This document shows positions 31,054 through 41,386 of a stretch of DNA of 64,000 bases, one piece after another (the stretch's first letter is position 1; every line of letters begins with the position of its first letter). The notes beneath the pieces were generated by a model. The model ran no database searches and was not told the origin of the DNA. It worked only from the letters and a program-made list of their open reading frames with translations. A program made the position numbers and the translations under genes. The stretch is from an uncultured Nitrososphaeraceae archaeon (GTDB lineage Archaea > Thermoproteota > Nitrososphaeria > Nitrososphaerales > Nitrososphaeraceae): contig CAVSMN010000009.1 in the NCBI GenBank assembly GCA_963729045.1, positions 32,001-96,000 of the forward strand. Direction: 5' to 3'.

Positions 31054-33123
31054 CTAATTTGCAGCTATTTCCCTCACACTAAGGTTCTTTATATCGACGT
31101 TTGAAGTTCCGTCCCATCGGAATGTAGCTACCGGACCTCCCCATGAAATCAATTCATCTGGACTTCCCCCACATCTATCACCGTCTTCACCGAATCCGCC
31201 GCTATCCGTATAACCAAACACTTTCTTCCATTGACCATTATTGTTTTCGTCGACCCAGTTTTCGAGTTTTACAGCAGGCTCACCATTTACGACAGTGTTA
31301 TACATGATAGCTTTATACCCTATCCATTTATCTTCGATAGAATCTATGTTTTTCTGGGCAGGTGTAAATGAGTAACCACCTGAATGCCATTGTTCTTTAG
31401 CAAAACGAGAACGTCCATCTTTGAACAAGCCTCCTTTGTAAGAGGTTCCTTCACAGGGTTCATCCGAGTTATGATGACCACCACGAGAATACCATGTTAA
31501 ATCAAAGTCAGAATCCGAAGCCGAATTTATCTTAACATATCCGGTCATTTCTATATTCCTCCAATCTTTTATGTCTTGCATGTATCCCTGGGCTGACAGT
31601 TCTTTTTGATCATATGTTTTAATAGCATCTTGGTGATATCCAGAACTAGTCATTACATTCATCCTAACCTTATCAGATGTTACCTTATATGATCCATCAG
31701 CATTTTTCTTCAATGTCAGTTTGGGATCAAACCTATTGTCAGAAGACGGGTTATTCATATTCATGAACCATTTTTCACCGTTTGGTTTGTCAGGATAAAT
31801 TTTCTTTATACCAAACACATCTGTTTGGTTACCTGTGCCTGTACCTGGGTCTGTTTGGTTACCTGGGTCTGTACCTGGGTCTGTTTGGGCTGTACCTGGG
31901 TCTGTACCTGGGTCTGTACCTGGGTCTGTACCTGGGTCTGTACCTGGGTCTGTTGAGGAAGGTTTAGAAAATGCTCGGATCTCAGAAATAGAAGCCCAAT
32001 CATTTTCTGTATTACCATTTACAGTAACTCGAATGTACTTTGCTGTCAAATTAGAGTCTTGAATCAAATAACGTTCATATGAATTGGTTTCCCAGTGCTT
32101 TTGCCTTCAAATAAAGAGGAGTAAAGGTAGTACCGTCCTGAGAGGTGGAAAGATTGAAATTGTTTATCCTTACATCACCTCTATGCCATGCAATATCTAC
32201 AGCACAAAGTATATCATTTTTCTCAAGCTCAATTTGAATATAAGAGCCTGACCCGTAGTTTGACCATCGAGTGTTAAAGTTATTGTCAAGTACGTTTTGG
32301 GGTCAGTATTACCATCATAACCACTAGCACCTATTCTAGTAACTTTATCTTGAATACATCCTGCAGGCAATTGACCTGGGTTGGGGTCTGGACCGGGACC
32401 TGGACCGGGACCGGGATCAGTTGAGGAAGGTTTAGAAAATGCTCGGATCTCAGAAATAGAAGCCCAATCATTTTCTGTATTACCATTTACAGTAACTCGA
32501 ATGTACTTAGCATGCAAGTTGGGATCATTAACTACATATGGTTCATATGAATTAGTATCACCGCTGGACCTGCCAGAAAAGAGAGGAGTAAAGGTAGTAC
32601 CGTCCTGAGAGGTTGAAATCATAAAGTTGTTTATCCTTACATCACCTCGATGCCATGCAATATCTACAGCACAAAGTATATCATTTTTCTCAAGCTCGAT
32701 TTGAATATAAGAGCCTGACCCGTAGTTTGACCATCGAGTGTTAAAGTTATTGTCAAGTACGTTTTGTGGTACAGTATTACCATCATAACCACTAGCACCT
32801 ATTCTAGTAACTTTATCTTGAATACATCCTGCAGGCAATTGTTGAGCAGGACTAGGAGCTGGTGCGGGAGCTGGTGCGGGAGCTGGTGCGGGAGCTGGTG
32901 CGGGAGCTGGTGCGGGTGTAGGAGATGGTTCAGGATTGGGGTTTGGCCAAGGCCAAGAATTTCCACCGCTTCCCGGTGAAGGCATTCCGTCTAGATATCC
33001 ACCTATTATATCATTGATGTTCACACTAGCATATGCATTGACTACAAGGTTGGATAATCCAGGTGTAGAAAGAATTAATGTTAACGCTAGAAAAACATAT
33101 AAAAAGTTATTATATTTTTTCAT
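31054..33123 (-). CDS. Secreted modular protein: signal, Pro-Ala linker, two F5/8 type C (CBM32) domains, TDPG linker, C-terminal beta-sandwich/lyase-like domain; second CBM32 disrupted by compensating indels
   Basis: DNNFNTRWS...AKYIRVTV.GN..NDWASISEI occurs twice. The two track ORFs are in the same frame, with indels near 32300, 32112 and 32091. Confidence 0.8.
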
Positions 33124-33441
33124 TTATACACTTACCTCCATTTAAAATTGTATTTCTTTGTAAATTCAAATCAATTTCGATAAGTAATAGTGCAGTATTT
33201 ATGCTCATTCTAAGAAATTAAGAGAATGTCATATTTATGAGACGCTTGTTTTTGTTATCAAAGAAAAATAAAGTAATTAGTTATGAAAGCATGATGATCA
33301 AAAATTCTTATTTAAATTATACCATCATTATTTTACTACTTTTTAAGACATAAGAAGAGAATGTTAAATAAAATTATATGAATTTTTATTACAAATTAAA
33401 ACATATTTCATAAATATTAACAACCGTAATATAAATTAGAA

Positions 33442-34368
33442 TTGTTTCAATATATTAAGATTAAAAATGTAGCAATCATAAGTGCATTTATTGTCTTTAT
33501 TATTAGTTCTTCGACATCATTTGGTTTAAATAATAAGATTTTTGCTGCCCCCATTGACCTGCCTAAAGTCAGTCTGAACCATAATGGAGGCATAACTGAT
33601 CTCAGCCCAACATTAACTGTGAAAGATAAAATAATGACCAAAGTCGGTCAACCAGAGGACACGGAGACTATTGAATATAAATCGTTAATATATGCTATAA
33701 ACAGGGGAGATCAGATATCGTTTAACTTTGAAGAGGAGCCCTCTCAAGTTGATGCTTTTCTCATAGATTACGAAACAGATTATAGCACTTTATGGGCCTT
33801 AGAAAAAACGCCAACCGGAGAGTATATTGCAAATACTCCCTCACCTGGTCTTTACAATCTCGATGTACATGCTATATATCCAGACGGTGAATACGTATCA
33901 TACTCTAAGTTACTCAACGTTGTAGATAACAATCTCAATCTTCTAAGTTTAACTCCTCAAAATAATCAATGTGGTAACGAGGTAACACTGGATAAGTTAA
34001 CTGCAAGTGGCAATCCAGCTACAAGCATTTTGAATCAAGTAATTAATCAGCCATTAATTAAAGAGTTGTCATTTGGGATTATCGATGAATTGAACGTCCA
34101 ATTAAATGATGTTAAAAACATTTGTGGAATTCAATTAGGGCTCAAAAATTCACAAAATGATATCAATTTCTTTGCAGTACAAAGTTCAACAGACGGATCA
34201 CAATATTCTGATCCAATAGTTTTTGCAAACACAGGATTCAGCGGTGAGTTACCAGAAATGTACATATACCCATCTTCAGTTGAAGCCAAATTCTTAAAAT
34301 TAATTCCTCTTGGAGGTACATTGGAAAAAGGCTTAGGAATTACTGACTTTAAGTTATTTGGTCAGTAA
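33442..34368 (+). CDS. Secreted protein with an Ig-like and a C-terminal galactose-binding-like domain
   Basis: Signal peptide; FAVQSSTDGSQY...AKFLKL resembles the CBM32 domains of the divergent neighbour. Confidence 0.65.
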   Translation: MFQYIKIKNVAIISAFIVFIISSSTSFGLNNKIFAAPIDLPKVSLNHNGGITDLSPTLTVKDKIMTKVGQPEDTETIEYKSLIYAINRGDQISFNFEEEPSQVDAFLIDYETDYSTLWALEKTPTGEYIANTPSPGLYNLDVHAIYPDGEYVSYSKLLNVVDNNLNLLSLTPQNNQCGNEVTLDKLTASGNPATSILNQVINQPLIKELSFGIIDELNVQLNDVKNICGIQLGLKNSQNDINFFAVQSSTDGSQYSDPIVFANTGFSGELPEMYIYPSSVEAKFLKLIPLGGTLEKGLGITDFKLFGQ

Positions 34369-34420
34369 TGCCTAAGGCAATGGTTTAAAACATAAAAAAT
34401 AATAAGCTTATTTTGAATTT

Positions 34421-34912
34421 TTATGTTTGAATTTGAACAATAAAATCAATTTCTACTGGAGAATTTAACGGTAAACTATTTACTCCTACAGCTACTCTAG
34501 AGTGTCGGCCTAGATCTCCAAATACCTCAATAAGGAAATCTGAAGCTCCGTTAATGACTTTTGGATGATCCGTGAAAGCATCATCACAGTTAACGTAACC
34601 TGTTATTTTGACTATTCTTTTTACTTTATCCAAGTCACCAATAAGGCTCTTAATAATAGAGAAGGCGTTTAAACAACAAATTTTACAAGCTAGTTGAGCA
34701 TTCTCGATTGAAACTTGTTTGCCCACTTTACCTCTAAATTTCAGGTCGTTTGATGAAGAATTTATGTCAATTGGAAGTTGACCTGAAATAAAAACTAGAT
34801 CGTTGACATTTACTATCGGGACGTATGAACCTAATGCTTTTGGTTTTCCAATTGGAATAACAAGATTCAAAGACTCTATTTTTTTTTCTGGTGTCATGTT
34901 TGAATATTCCAT
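34421..34912 (-). CDS. RidA/YjgF/UK114 family protein
   Basis: FISGQLP, HPKVINGASD, GRHSRVAVGVNSLP..PVEI. Confidence 0.92.
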   Translation of the reverse strand: MEYSNMTPEKKIESLNLVIPIGKPKALGSYVPIVNVNDLVFISGQLPIDINSSSNDLKFRGKVGKQVSIENAQLACKICCLNAFSIIKSLIGDLDKVKRIVKITGYVNCDDAFTDHPKVINGASDFLIEVFGDLGRHSRVAVGVNSLPLNSPVEIDFIVQIQT

Positions 34913-34980
34913 AATTAGAATTAAAAGGTTAACTTTTGTATTCAGTAACCTTTTTAATATCTTTGACTTTTGTTGTAATT

Positions 34981-35790
34981 ATGTCAAAGGAGGGTGACCT
35001 TCCAAAACTTCCAATCAAAAACAGGAAAATAGGTACTATAGGTATCTCTGTTATTGTGATAGGTTTATCATTGTTATTTATATATATATTGTGGGCATCC
35101 TTTGGGTATATTGGACCTTCGTTCTCATCTGATGTTTTAAATTTGCAACAATCAACTTTAAGAGCCCAATATCACTTACCAGAAGAACCAGTAATTACAG
35201 ATCCTACAGTACTACAAACCCCACCCTCACTTCGCCAGTTTTTGACAGACAATGCAACTAGTGGTTCAACCAATGCAACTAGTGGTTCAACCAATGCAAC
35301 TAGTGGTTCAACCAATGCAACTAGTGGTTCAACCAATGCAACTAGTGGTTCAACCAATGCAACTAGTGGTTCAACCAATGCAACTAGTGGTTCAACCAAT
35401 GCAACTAGTGGTTCAACCAATGCAACTAGTGGTTCAACCAATGCAACTAGTGGTTCAACCAATGCAACTGATCAAGCTTCAGATAATGCTCAAGTATCAA
35501 TAGTTCCAGGAGCATCTACTTTGACCGATACGGCATTCAGTCCAAATTCTATCGAAGTCACTGTTGGTCAAACTGTAGTGTGGACAAACGATGATTCCGC
35601 ATTCCATACAGTAACATCTGGAACTGCTGGTGCAACAGACGTTGGTAAGGAATTTGATTCGGGTCTAACTGGTCCAACAGCACTAACTAGTAAGGGGAAA
35701 ACCTTTGAGCATACGTTCGATAGAATTGGCGATTATCCTTATTTTTGTACCTTACATCCAGCAATGGTTGGCACTGTGATAGTGAAGTAA
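34981..35790 (+). CDS. Membrane-anchored blue-copper (plastocyanin-like) protein on an NATSGST-repeat stalk
   Basis: N-terminal TM helix; HTVTSG...YFCTLHPAM type-1 Cu ligands; likely start ATG at 34981. Confidence 0.88.
   Translation: MSKEGDLPKLPIKNRKIGTIGISVIVIGLSLLFIYILWASFGYIGPSFSSDVLNLQQSTLRAQYHLPEEPVITDPTVLQTPPSLRQFLTDNATSGSTNATSGSTNATSGSTNATSGSTNATSGSTNATSGSTNATSGSTNATSGSTNATSGSTNATSGSTNATDQASDNAQVSIVPGASTLTDTAFSPNSIEVTVGQTVVWTNDDSAFHTVTSGTAGATDVGKEFDSGLTGPTALTSKGKTFEHTFDRIGDYPYFCTLHPAMVGTVIVK
35251..35469 (+). repeat. Perfect 21-bp coding tandem repeat AATGCAACTAGTGGTTCAACC x10 plus a partial unit
   Basis: Read directly; encodes (NATSGST)10-NAT. Confidence 0.97.
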
Positions 35791-36132
35791 AACAAAAAGG
35801 CATTTAATTTGTCTGTCTTCGTTGATGAAATTAAAGACGTAGATATATCCATTAGATTTGTTTAGTGTTCATAGTGGGTTTAAATAATCATCTTTACTCC
35901 AAATGCAGATAAAGAACAACAAAGATAATTGCCACCGGAACAGAGATCTCAACATGAAATTGAAAAGGAGCAAAAGAAAAGAACATAGTTGAACACAAAA
36001 TTCTAGTCTTATGTTTCCTGCTAATCTGTGGTTAAAGATTTACCCATTTTATCTAATTGCGATATTTTCAGAAAGTGTATAAAAAAAGGGATGATCAGTA
36101 CATAATAAATATAATCATGCATCTTCAGAGTC

Positions 36133-38244
36133 ATGGATAATCGTTTTGACAATGCAAAACCCAATTCGTTGATCAAAGAAAATAGTCCCTATCTATTACA
36201 ACATGCTTATAATCCAGTTAACTGGTTGGCATGGAATGACGATTCCATCAATTTGGCAAAAAAAGAGGACAAACCAATCTTTCTCAGCATAGGATACAGT
36301 TCATGTCATTGGTGTCATGTAATGGCACATGAGTCATTTGAAGATACCGAAGTTGCAAAAACCATGAATGAAAAATTCATTAATATAAAGGTCGATAGAG
36401 AGGAAAGACCAGATATAGATGACATATATCAAAGAGCATGCCAACTAGTAAATGGTAATGGGGGTTGGCCATTATCGGTATTTTTGACTCCTGACCTCAA
36501 GCCATTTTATGTCGGTACATATTTTCCAAAGGATAGCAGATATGGTATGCCCGGTTTTACCGAGATTTTGAATCAACTTTCTCAGGCCTATACCCATAAG
36601 AAAAGCGACATAAATAAGACCACCTCAGAATTTGTAGGAGCGCTGATAAACACATCAAAAGATATTTTGATCAACAAAACTGTAGAAATTGACAAGACAG
36701 TTCTAGACGAATCTGCATTAAATTTATTGCAAATGGCAGACTTTATTCATGGAGGTTTTGGAATCGCCCCTAAATTTCCTAATGTATCTAACTTATTATT
36801 TTTGCTTCGTTACTATGATATATCGAGTATTGAAAAATTCCAAGACTTTGTAACTTTAACAAGTGAAAAAATGATCTTCGGAGGGATACACGATCATCTG
36901 GGGGGCGGGTTCTCGAGATATTCGACCGATCAAAAATGGTTAGTACCCCATTTTGAAAAAATGTTGTATGATAATGCATTATTGGTTATTTTGTTTTCTG
37001 AACTGTATCAAATCACCAAGGAAAAAATATTTAGAGATACTGTTGAGAAAACCTTGGATTACATTTTACGGGTGCTTACAAATAAGGAAGGAATTTTCTT
37101 TTCAGCTGAAGATGCAGATTCTGACGGAGAAGAGGGAAAATTTTATGTATGGTCTAAAAGAGAGGTCACCTCAATCATTCAAAATCCTTTACACCAAAAT
37201 ATCTTCTGCGAATACTTTGATATAACAGAAGTAGGGAATTTTGAAGGGAATAACATACTAAATATCAAAACCTCCGACGAACATCTAGCAAGAAAGTATG
37301 GACTAGATGTGAAAGAGGTTAAAAACATCATAGCTGTAAATTCTACAAAGCTTTTTGATATCAGGGAGAAAAGGATAAAGCCTCAAAAAGATGATAAAAC
37401 AATTTTATCATGGAATGCGCTATCCATATCTGCTTTTATCAAAGGTTATAAGATAACGGGTAAAGAAGAATATATAAGAACTGCTCTAACCGCAGTGGAC
37501 GTCATCGAAACAAAGTTAAAATCCAAGGAAGGCTATTTATATAGAATTTATAAACAAGATAAGGCCAAAATACTTGCTTATTTGGATGATTATGCTTTTT
37601 ACATAAATTCTCTTTTGGATCTACTTGAGGTAAAGACAGATCCAAGGTTCATCGAACTAGCATCTTATTATACAGATGTTTTGATAAAGCATTTTTGGGA
37701 CGAACAAGAAAATAATTTCTATTACTCTTCCGACCTGCATGAATCGATTCTCACCAGAACCAAAGTCTTGTATGATTTGGCTTTACCAAGTGGAAATTCG
37801 GTTTCAATATCAAATTTGATCCGTCTTTATCACATAACAGGGAAAAACAATTATTTAGAGATGGCTGAGAAAATGATGAAAGGATCCATATCATCCGCAC
37901 TGGATAATCCATTTGGTTTTGGCTGGTTATTATCATCGACATACCTATATGTTAAGAAACCAACCGAAATTACCATTTTTTCAAAAGATGATAAATCGGA
38001 TATGATTGATAAAATGAATAAGTTATATATTCCAAATGGTATTTTTTCTATTTTACACGAGGACAGCCTGTCAGAAACGCTAGATCAGTACAATTTATTC
38101 AAAAATAAGACACTAATTAAAGAAAAACCTGCTAGCGATTTTGCAATAATATGCAAAGACTTTACTTGTTCGCCTCCATTGACCGATTTGAAAAAAATAA
38201 TGGATATTTTGTCTTCAAATACATCAAAGGAAAGAATTAAATAA
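36133..38244 (+). CDS. YyaL/SPATA20 family thioredoxin-like plus (alpha/alpha)6 domain protein
   Basis: [44 protein letters not shown]. Confidence 0.93.
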   Translation: MDNRFDNAKPNSLIKENSPYLLQHAYNPVNWLAWNDDSINLAKKEDKPIFLSIGYSSCHWCHVMAHESFEDTEVAKTMNEKFINIKVDREERPDIDDIYQRACQLVNGNGGWPLSVFLTPDLKPFYVGTYFPKDSRYGMPGFTEILNQLSQAYTHKKSDINKTTSEFVGALINTSKDILINKTVEIDKTVLDESALNLLQMADFIHGGFGIAPKFPNVSNLLFLLRYYDISSIEKFQDFVTLTSEKMIFGGIHDHLGGGFSRYSTDQKWLVPHFEKMLYDNALLVILFSELYQITKEKIFRDTVEKTLDYILRVLTNKEGIFFSAEDADSDGEEGKFYVWSKREVTSIIQNPLHQNIFCEYFDITEVGNFEGNNILNIKTSDEHLARKYGLDVKEVKNIIAVNSTKLFDIREKRIKPQKDDKTILSWNALSISAFIKGYKITGKEEYIRTALTAVDVIETKLKSKEGYLYRIYKQDKAKILAYLDDYAFYINSLLDLLEVKTDPRFIELASYYTDVLIKHFWDEQENNFYYSSDLHESILTRTKVLYDLALPSGNSVSISNLIRLYHITGKNNYLEMAEKMMKGSISSALDNPFGFGWLLSSTYLYVKKPTEITIFSKDDKSDMIDKMNKLYIPNGIFSILHEDSLSETLDQYNLFKNKTLIKEKPASDFAIICKDFTCSPPLTDLKKIMDILSSNTSKERIK

Positions 38245-38265
38245 TTTTTTTATGATTGTATCACA

Positions 38266-39083
38266 GTGTCAATTCTTCCGCAATTCAGATTTTTTTTTGT
38301 CATTGGATTAATTATTTTGGGTATGGGATCAGTTTCTAATATGGATGTTTTTGGTCAAATGGAACAAACATCCAATAATTTTGATAAGGCGAAGTCATCT
38401 AGTGATGAGGCGATTTCTTTAATTGATTCTTTGAAAGGATCATCATTACTTGATTCGGTAGTTGAAGGTATGCAAAATTTTTCTTTCCCGATAGCAAACC
38501 AATCAGATAATAACGACAATGACACTGAACTGAGATCTCGCAAACATTAGACAATGCCTTAAATTATCTTGGACCGAATAATACTACATCAAATATTACA
38601 ACTGTTTCTCCGGATAAAAACAATATTACCATTTCAGATAACAGTAACAATCTAACCAATGATGATATTACTAGCAATAATAACGGTAATAATAACATAG
38701 AAAACATGCAATCTATGATGATACTGCCCTATCCTATGACGATTTCTTCAAAGGATTACATTCCGCTATATAGTTCAATGCCATTGAAAATTTTGAATGG
38801 AAACATTCTCGCAAAACTTCCGTGTAATTCAACTAATCCATTATTGCAAATCGTAGGCACTTCTGCCGATAATAATGTGTTTCCCATTCAGATGAATCTA
38901 GTTTCTAACTTTTCAAAATTAGGGAGTATGTGTATGTACCAATCACTAATTCCCAATGATTTATCCAATCTTTTATATTCACATACGATAACCAATATTT
39001 ATTTATACAATCCGCTTAACTTCTCACTCGAAGTCCCAACAACAACTTCCATTTTTATTGGAATACATAAATTGACAGAGTGA
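38266..39083 (+). pseudogene. Secreted protein split by a 5-bp direct duplication (ACTGA ACTGA, 38524-38533)
   Basis: Removing one ACTGA joins the two track ORFs through an open Asn/Thr-rich linker into 270 aa. Confidence 0.75.
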
Positions 39084-39090
39084 TCATTTT

Positions 39091-39399
39091 TTAGATCGAA
39101 TACATTATTCCACCAGAGACTATAGGAATAGATTCTAAGTTCGACAGATCTTTTATACGAGCGATAATGGCATTGAACCAAAGACTATCGATGCCTTGAC
39201 TCCAAATTGTTATTTTTTTATAGTCCCTTTCTTTCCCTTGATGAAAAAAACCTTTGCAATCTTCGACTGTCATGTTATTATATTTTTGACTAATTTCTTC
39301 AATAGCTAAATTTGCTTCTGATGGCAAATACAATATAGTTAGAGTAGGATATGGAATAGTATCCGCAGAAGTAGATGATGATGATGCATCGTTAGCCAT
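39091..39399 (-). CDS. Hypothetical protein
   Basis: 102-aa ORF with ATG and normal composition. Confidence 0.7.
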   Translation of the reverse strand: MANDASSSSTSADTIPYPTLTILYLPSEANLAIEEISQKYNNMTVEDCKGFFHQGKERDYKKITIWSQGIDSLWFNAIIARIKDLSNLESIPIVSGGIMYSI

Positions 39400-39517
39400 G
39401 GTTATATTATGTTTTAGACTTATATGATGATTTCGTTGAAATATTTAAAAGATTTTGAGACGATAAATCATTGAAAATTCATAAAAGGCTATATGTTTAT
39501 TATTTTAATATAACAAC

Positions 39518-39892
39518 ATGAAGGCTGATCAATTCACAAAAAGCATACTAGATTTAGATAATGATATTTTATTCAGTGGAGTTATTGAAAAATCCGGACA
39601 TTTAAATATTAGCAATCAAAGGGATTCGCTGGACAAACATCTAAAAGGAAGAAATGCGGAACTGATTATTTCTGAATCTGCATATGCAATTGATTTAAGG
39701 AAGGCGTTCATTAAATCTTTTGGAAGTTTAAACTCTATTTGTTATCAATATAGTTCGCTAAAAATATTGATTATCCCAGTCAAAGAACATGTGTTATTCT
39801 TAGTAATCAACAAAAATGTTAAAGCAGATGATTTGACTCAGAAAGTTTACAATATTATTAATTCAACCAAAGAACTGGATTTATACTCTTAA
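39518..39892 (+). CDS. Roadblock/longin-like thaumarchaeal small protein
   Basis: ILDLDNDILFSGVI..SG...LR..F...FG.L pattern, as in 30415-30783. Confidence 0.6.
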   Translation: MKADQFTKSILDLDNDILFSGVIEKSGHLNISNQRDSLDKHLKGRNAELIISESAYAIDLRKAFIKSFGSLNSICYQYSSLKILIIPVKEHVLFLVINKNVKADDLTQKVYNIINSTKELDLYS

Positions 39893-39952
39893 AGAGGTCC
39901 TTTATGATTGAATAAAAAATAACTTGATTTTGTTGTTAGTAATTTATAAAAA

Positions 39953-40570
39953 TTATTCTTTATGGTTCTGATGCTGTGACCAAAAATCTAACAACCTAAA
40001 ATAAGAGGAAGTTGCTTCTTTAATGGTATGAAGATATGCCTCTCGTAATTGTTCCCATAACAAAAAATAGTTAAAATTATTTTCCAAAGTTTTCTCGACA
40101 TATCCTTGTTTCTCATCGAGCCTGTTTGAATTCAAGTTATTTGTAACCAAGGAATCATTTTGTGATTTTTGTAGAATGGCCTTTTGTTCTGCTTCTAGTT
40201 TGGCCTTTTGTTCTGCTTCTAGTTTGGCCTTTTGTTCTGCTTCTAGTTTGGCCTTTTGTTCTGCTTCTAGTTTGGCCTTTTGTTCTGCTTCTAGTTTGGC
40301 CTTTTGTTCTGCTTCTAGTTTGGCCTTTTGTTCTGCTTCTAGTTTGGCCTTTTGTTCTGCTTCTAGTTTGGCCTTTTGTTCTGCTTCTAGTTTGGCCTTT
40401 TGTTCTGCTTCTAGTTTGGCCTTTTGTTCTGCTTCTAGTTTGGCCTTTTGTTCTGCTTCTAGTTTGGCCTTTTGTTCTGCTTCTAGTTTGGCCTTTTGTT
40501 CTGCTTCTAGTTTGGCCTTTTGTTCTGCTTCTTCTTTATTGGGTGTTACGTAACCTTTTGGAAGTGTCAT
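39953..40570 (-). CDS. Charged helical repeat protein: MTLPKGY tag, (EAEQKAKL)x15, amphipathic C-terminal helix
   Basis: ORF with a 24-bp perfect repeat. Confidence 0.8.
   Translation of the reverse strand: MTLPKGYVTPNKEEAEQKAKLEAEQKAKLEAEQKAKLEAEQKAKLEAEQKAKLEAEQKAKLEAEQKAKLEAEQKAKLEAEQKAKLEAEQKAKLEAEQKAKLEAEQKAKLEAEQKAKLEAEQKAKLEAEQKAILQKSQNDSLVTNNLNSNRLDEKQGYVEKTLENNFNYFLLWEQLREAYLHTIKEATSSYFRLLDFWSQHQNHKE
40172..40531 (-). repeat. 24-bp coding tandem repeat x15
   Basis: TGGCCTTTTGTTCTGCTTCTAGTT repeated on the + strand. Confidence 0.97.
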
Positions 40571-40627
40571 AGCTGAAGTGACACGAGTGAAGATTAATGT
40601 TTTTCTAAGATTCTTAAAATAATTAAT

Positions 40628-41386
40628 TCAAATTAATGCGATTATTGAATCAAAATTTTTTTTTGACTTGTCCTTTTTATAGATGGATAACAGATTTAAG
40701 AATTCTACTCTCTTTTTATCATAATTAACAAATTTTTTTATTTGATCTGAAATGATACCTTTGAAAATTAACCCTTGAAATGCGGATGTAACATTATTAA
40801 CTTTTCTTATGCAACTAGCACTTTCAAAATCCACTATAGTGCATTTTGAACCACAGTGGGAAATTATTACATGATTATCCAACTTGTTTAGTTGACCATG
40901 ATCTATGTGTAGTTTGTCAAGTGTGTAACATTGAGTCAAAATATTAATGATGATTTTTCGTATCAACTCTAAGTTCATTTTTGATTTTAAGAACCAATTT
41001 CTTGCGGACAAACCTTCTATAAACTCCATTAAGAGAGCATTTCTTGTATAAGAGTAAACCTTGGGTCCCAAATGGTTTCTATTTATACGCTGGTAAAATT
41101 CAAATTCATTTTTCATATCAGTTCTACACGAGTCAATTCTCTTAATTTTTAGTGCCATGGTTTTACTATGTATATTTTGAACTTTGAGTACCAGTCCTTC
41201 ACTTCCTTTCCCCAAAATCCTAATAGCCTTTAGAAGAGTATTGCCTTCCAGAATTACAAATTTCAGATTTAACGATCTAAGTTCACTCAACCTAGAATAA
41301 TAATCAGAGGTACTAAATCTGGGATAACATAATAAATCAATCAAATTAGCTGATGATAAAATAAATTTGTTAGAATACTCTTGCAT
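40628..41386 (-). CDS. Archaeal atypical Ser/Thr protein kinase (RIO-like)
   Basis: LGKGSEGLV, ALKIKR, LMEFIEG, DHGQL, VDFESA. Confidence 0.85.
   Translation of the reverse strand: MQEYSNKFILSSANLIDLLCYPRFSTSDYYSRLSELRSLNLKFVILEGNTLLKAIRILGKGSEGLVLKVQNIHSKTMALKIKRIDSCRTDMKNEFEFYQRINRNHLGPKVYSYTRNALLMEFIEGLSARNWFLKSKMNLELIRKIIINILTQCYTLDKLHIDHGQLNKLDNHVIISHCGSKCTIVDFESASCIRKVNNVTSAFQGLIFKGIISDQIKKFVNYDKKRVEFLNLLSIYKKDKSKKNFDSIIALI

Noticed and set aside
35251..35469. Possible CRISPR array (also 40172-40531 and 26038-26121)
   Set aside because: Head-to-tail repeats with no unique spacers; two are in-frame coding repeats; no cas genes.
35880..36000. Several 19-30-aa ORFs in the intergenic gap
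   Set aside because: Competing frames on both strands, none with supporting signals.
40162..40572. Plus-strand ORFs (WPFVLLLV)n and (AFCSASSL)n, and similar shadow ORFs over 35172-35503, 31782-32062 and 61721-62043
   Set aside because: Stop-free alternative frames of coding tandem repeats.
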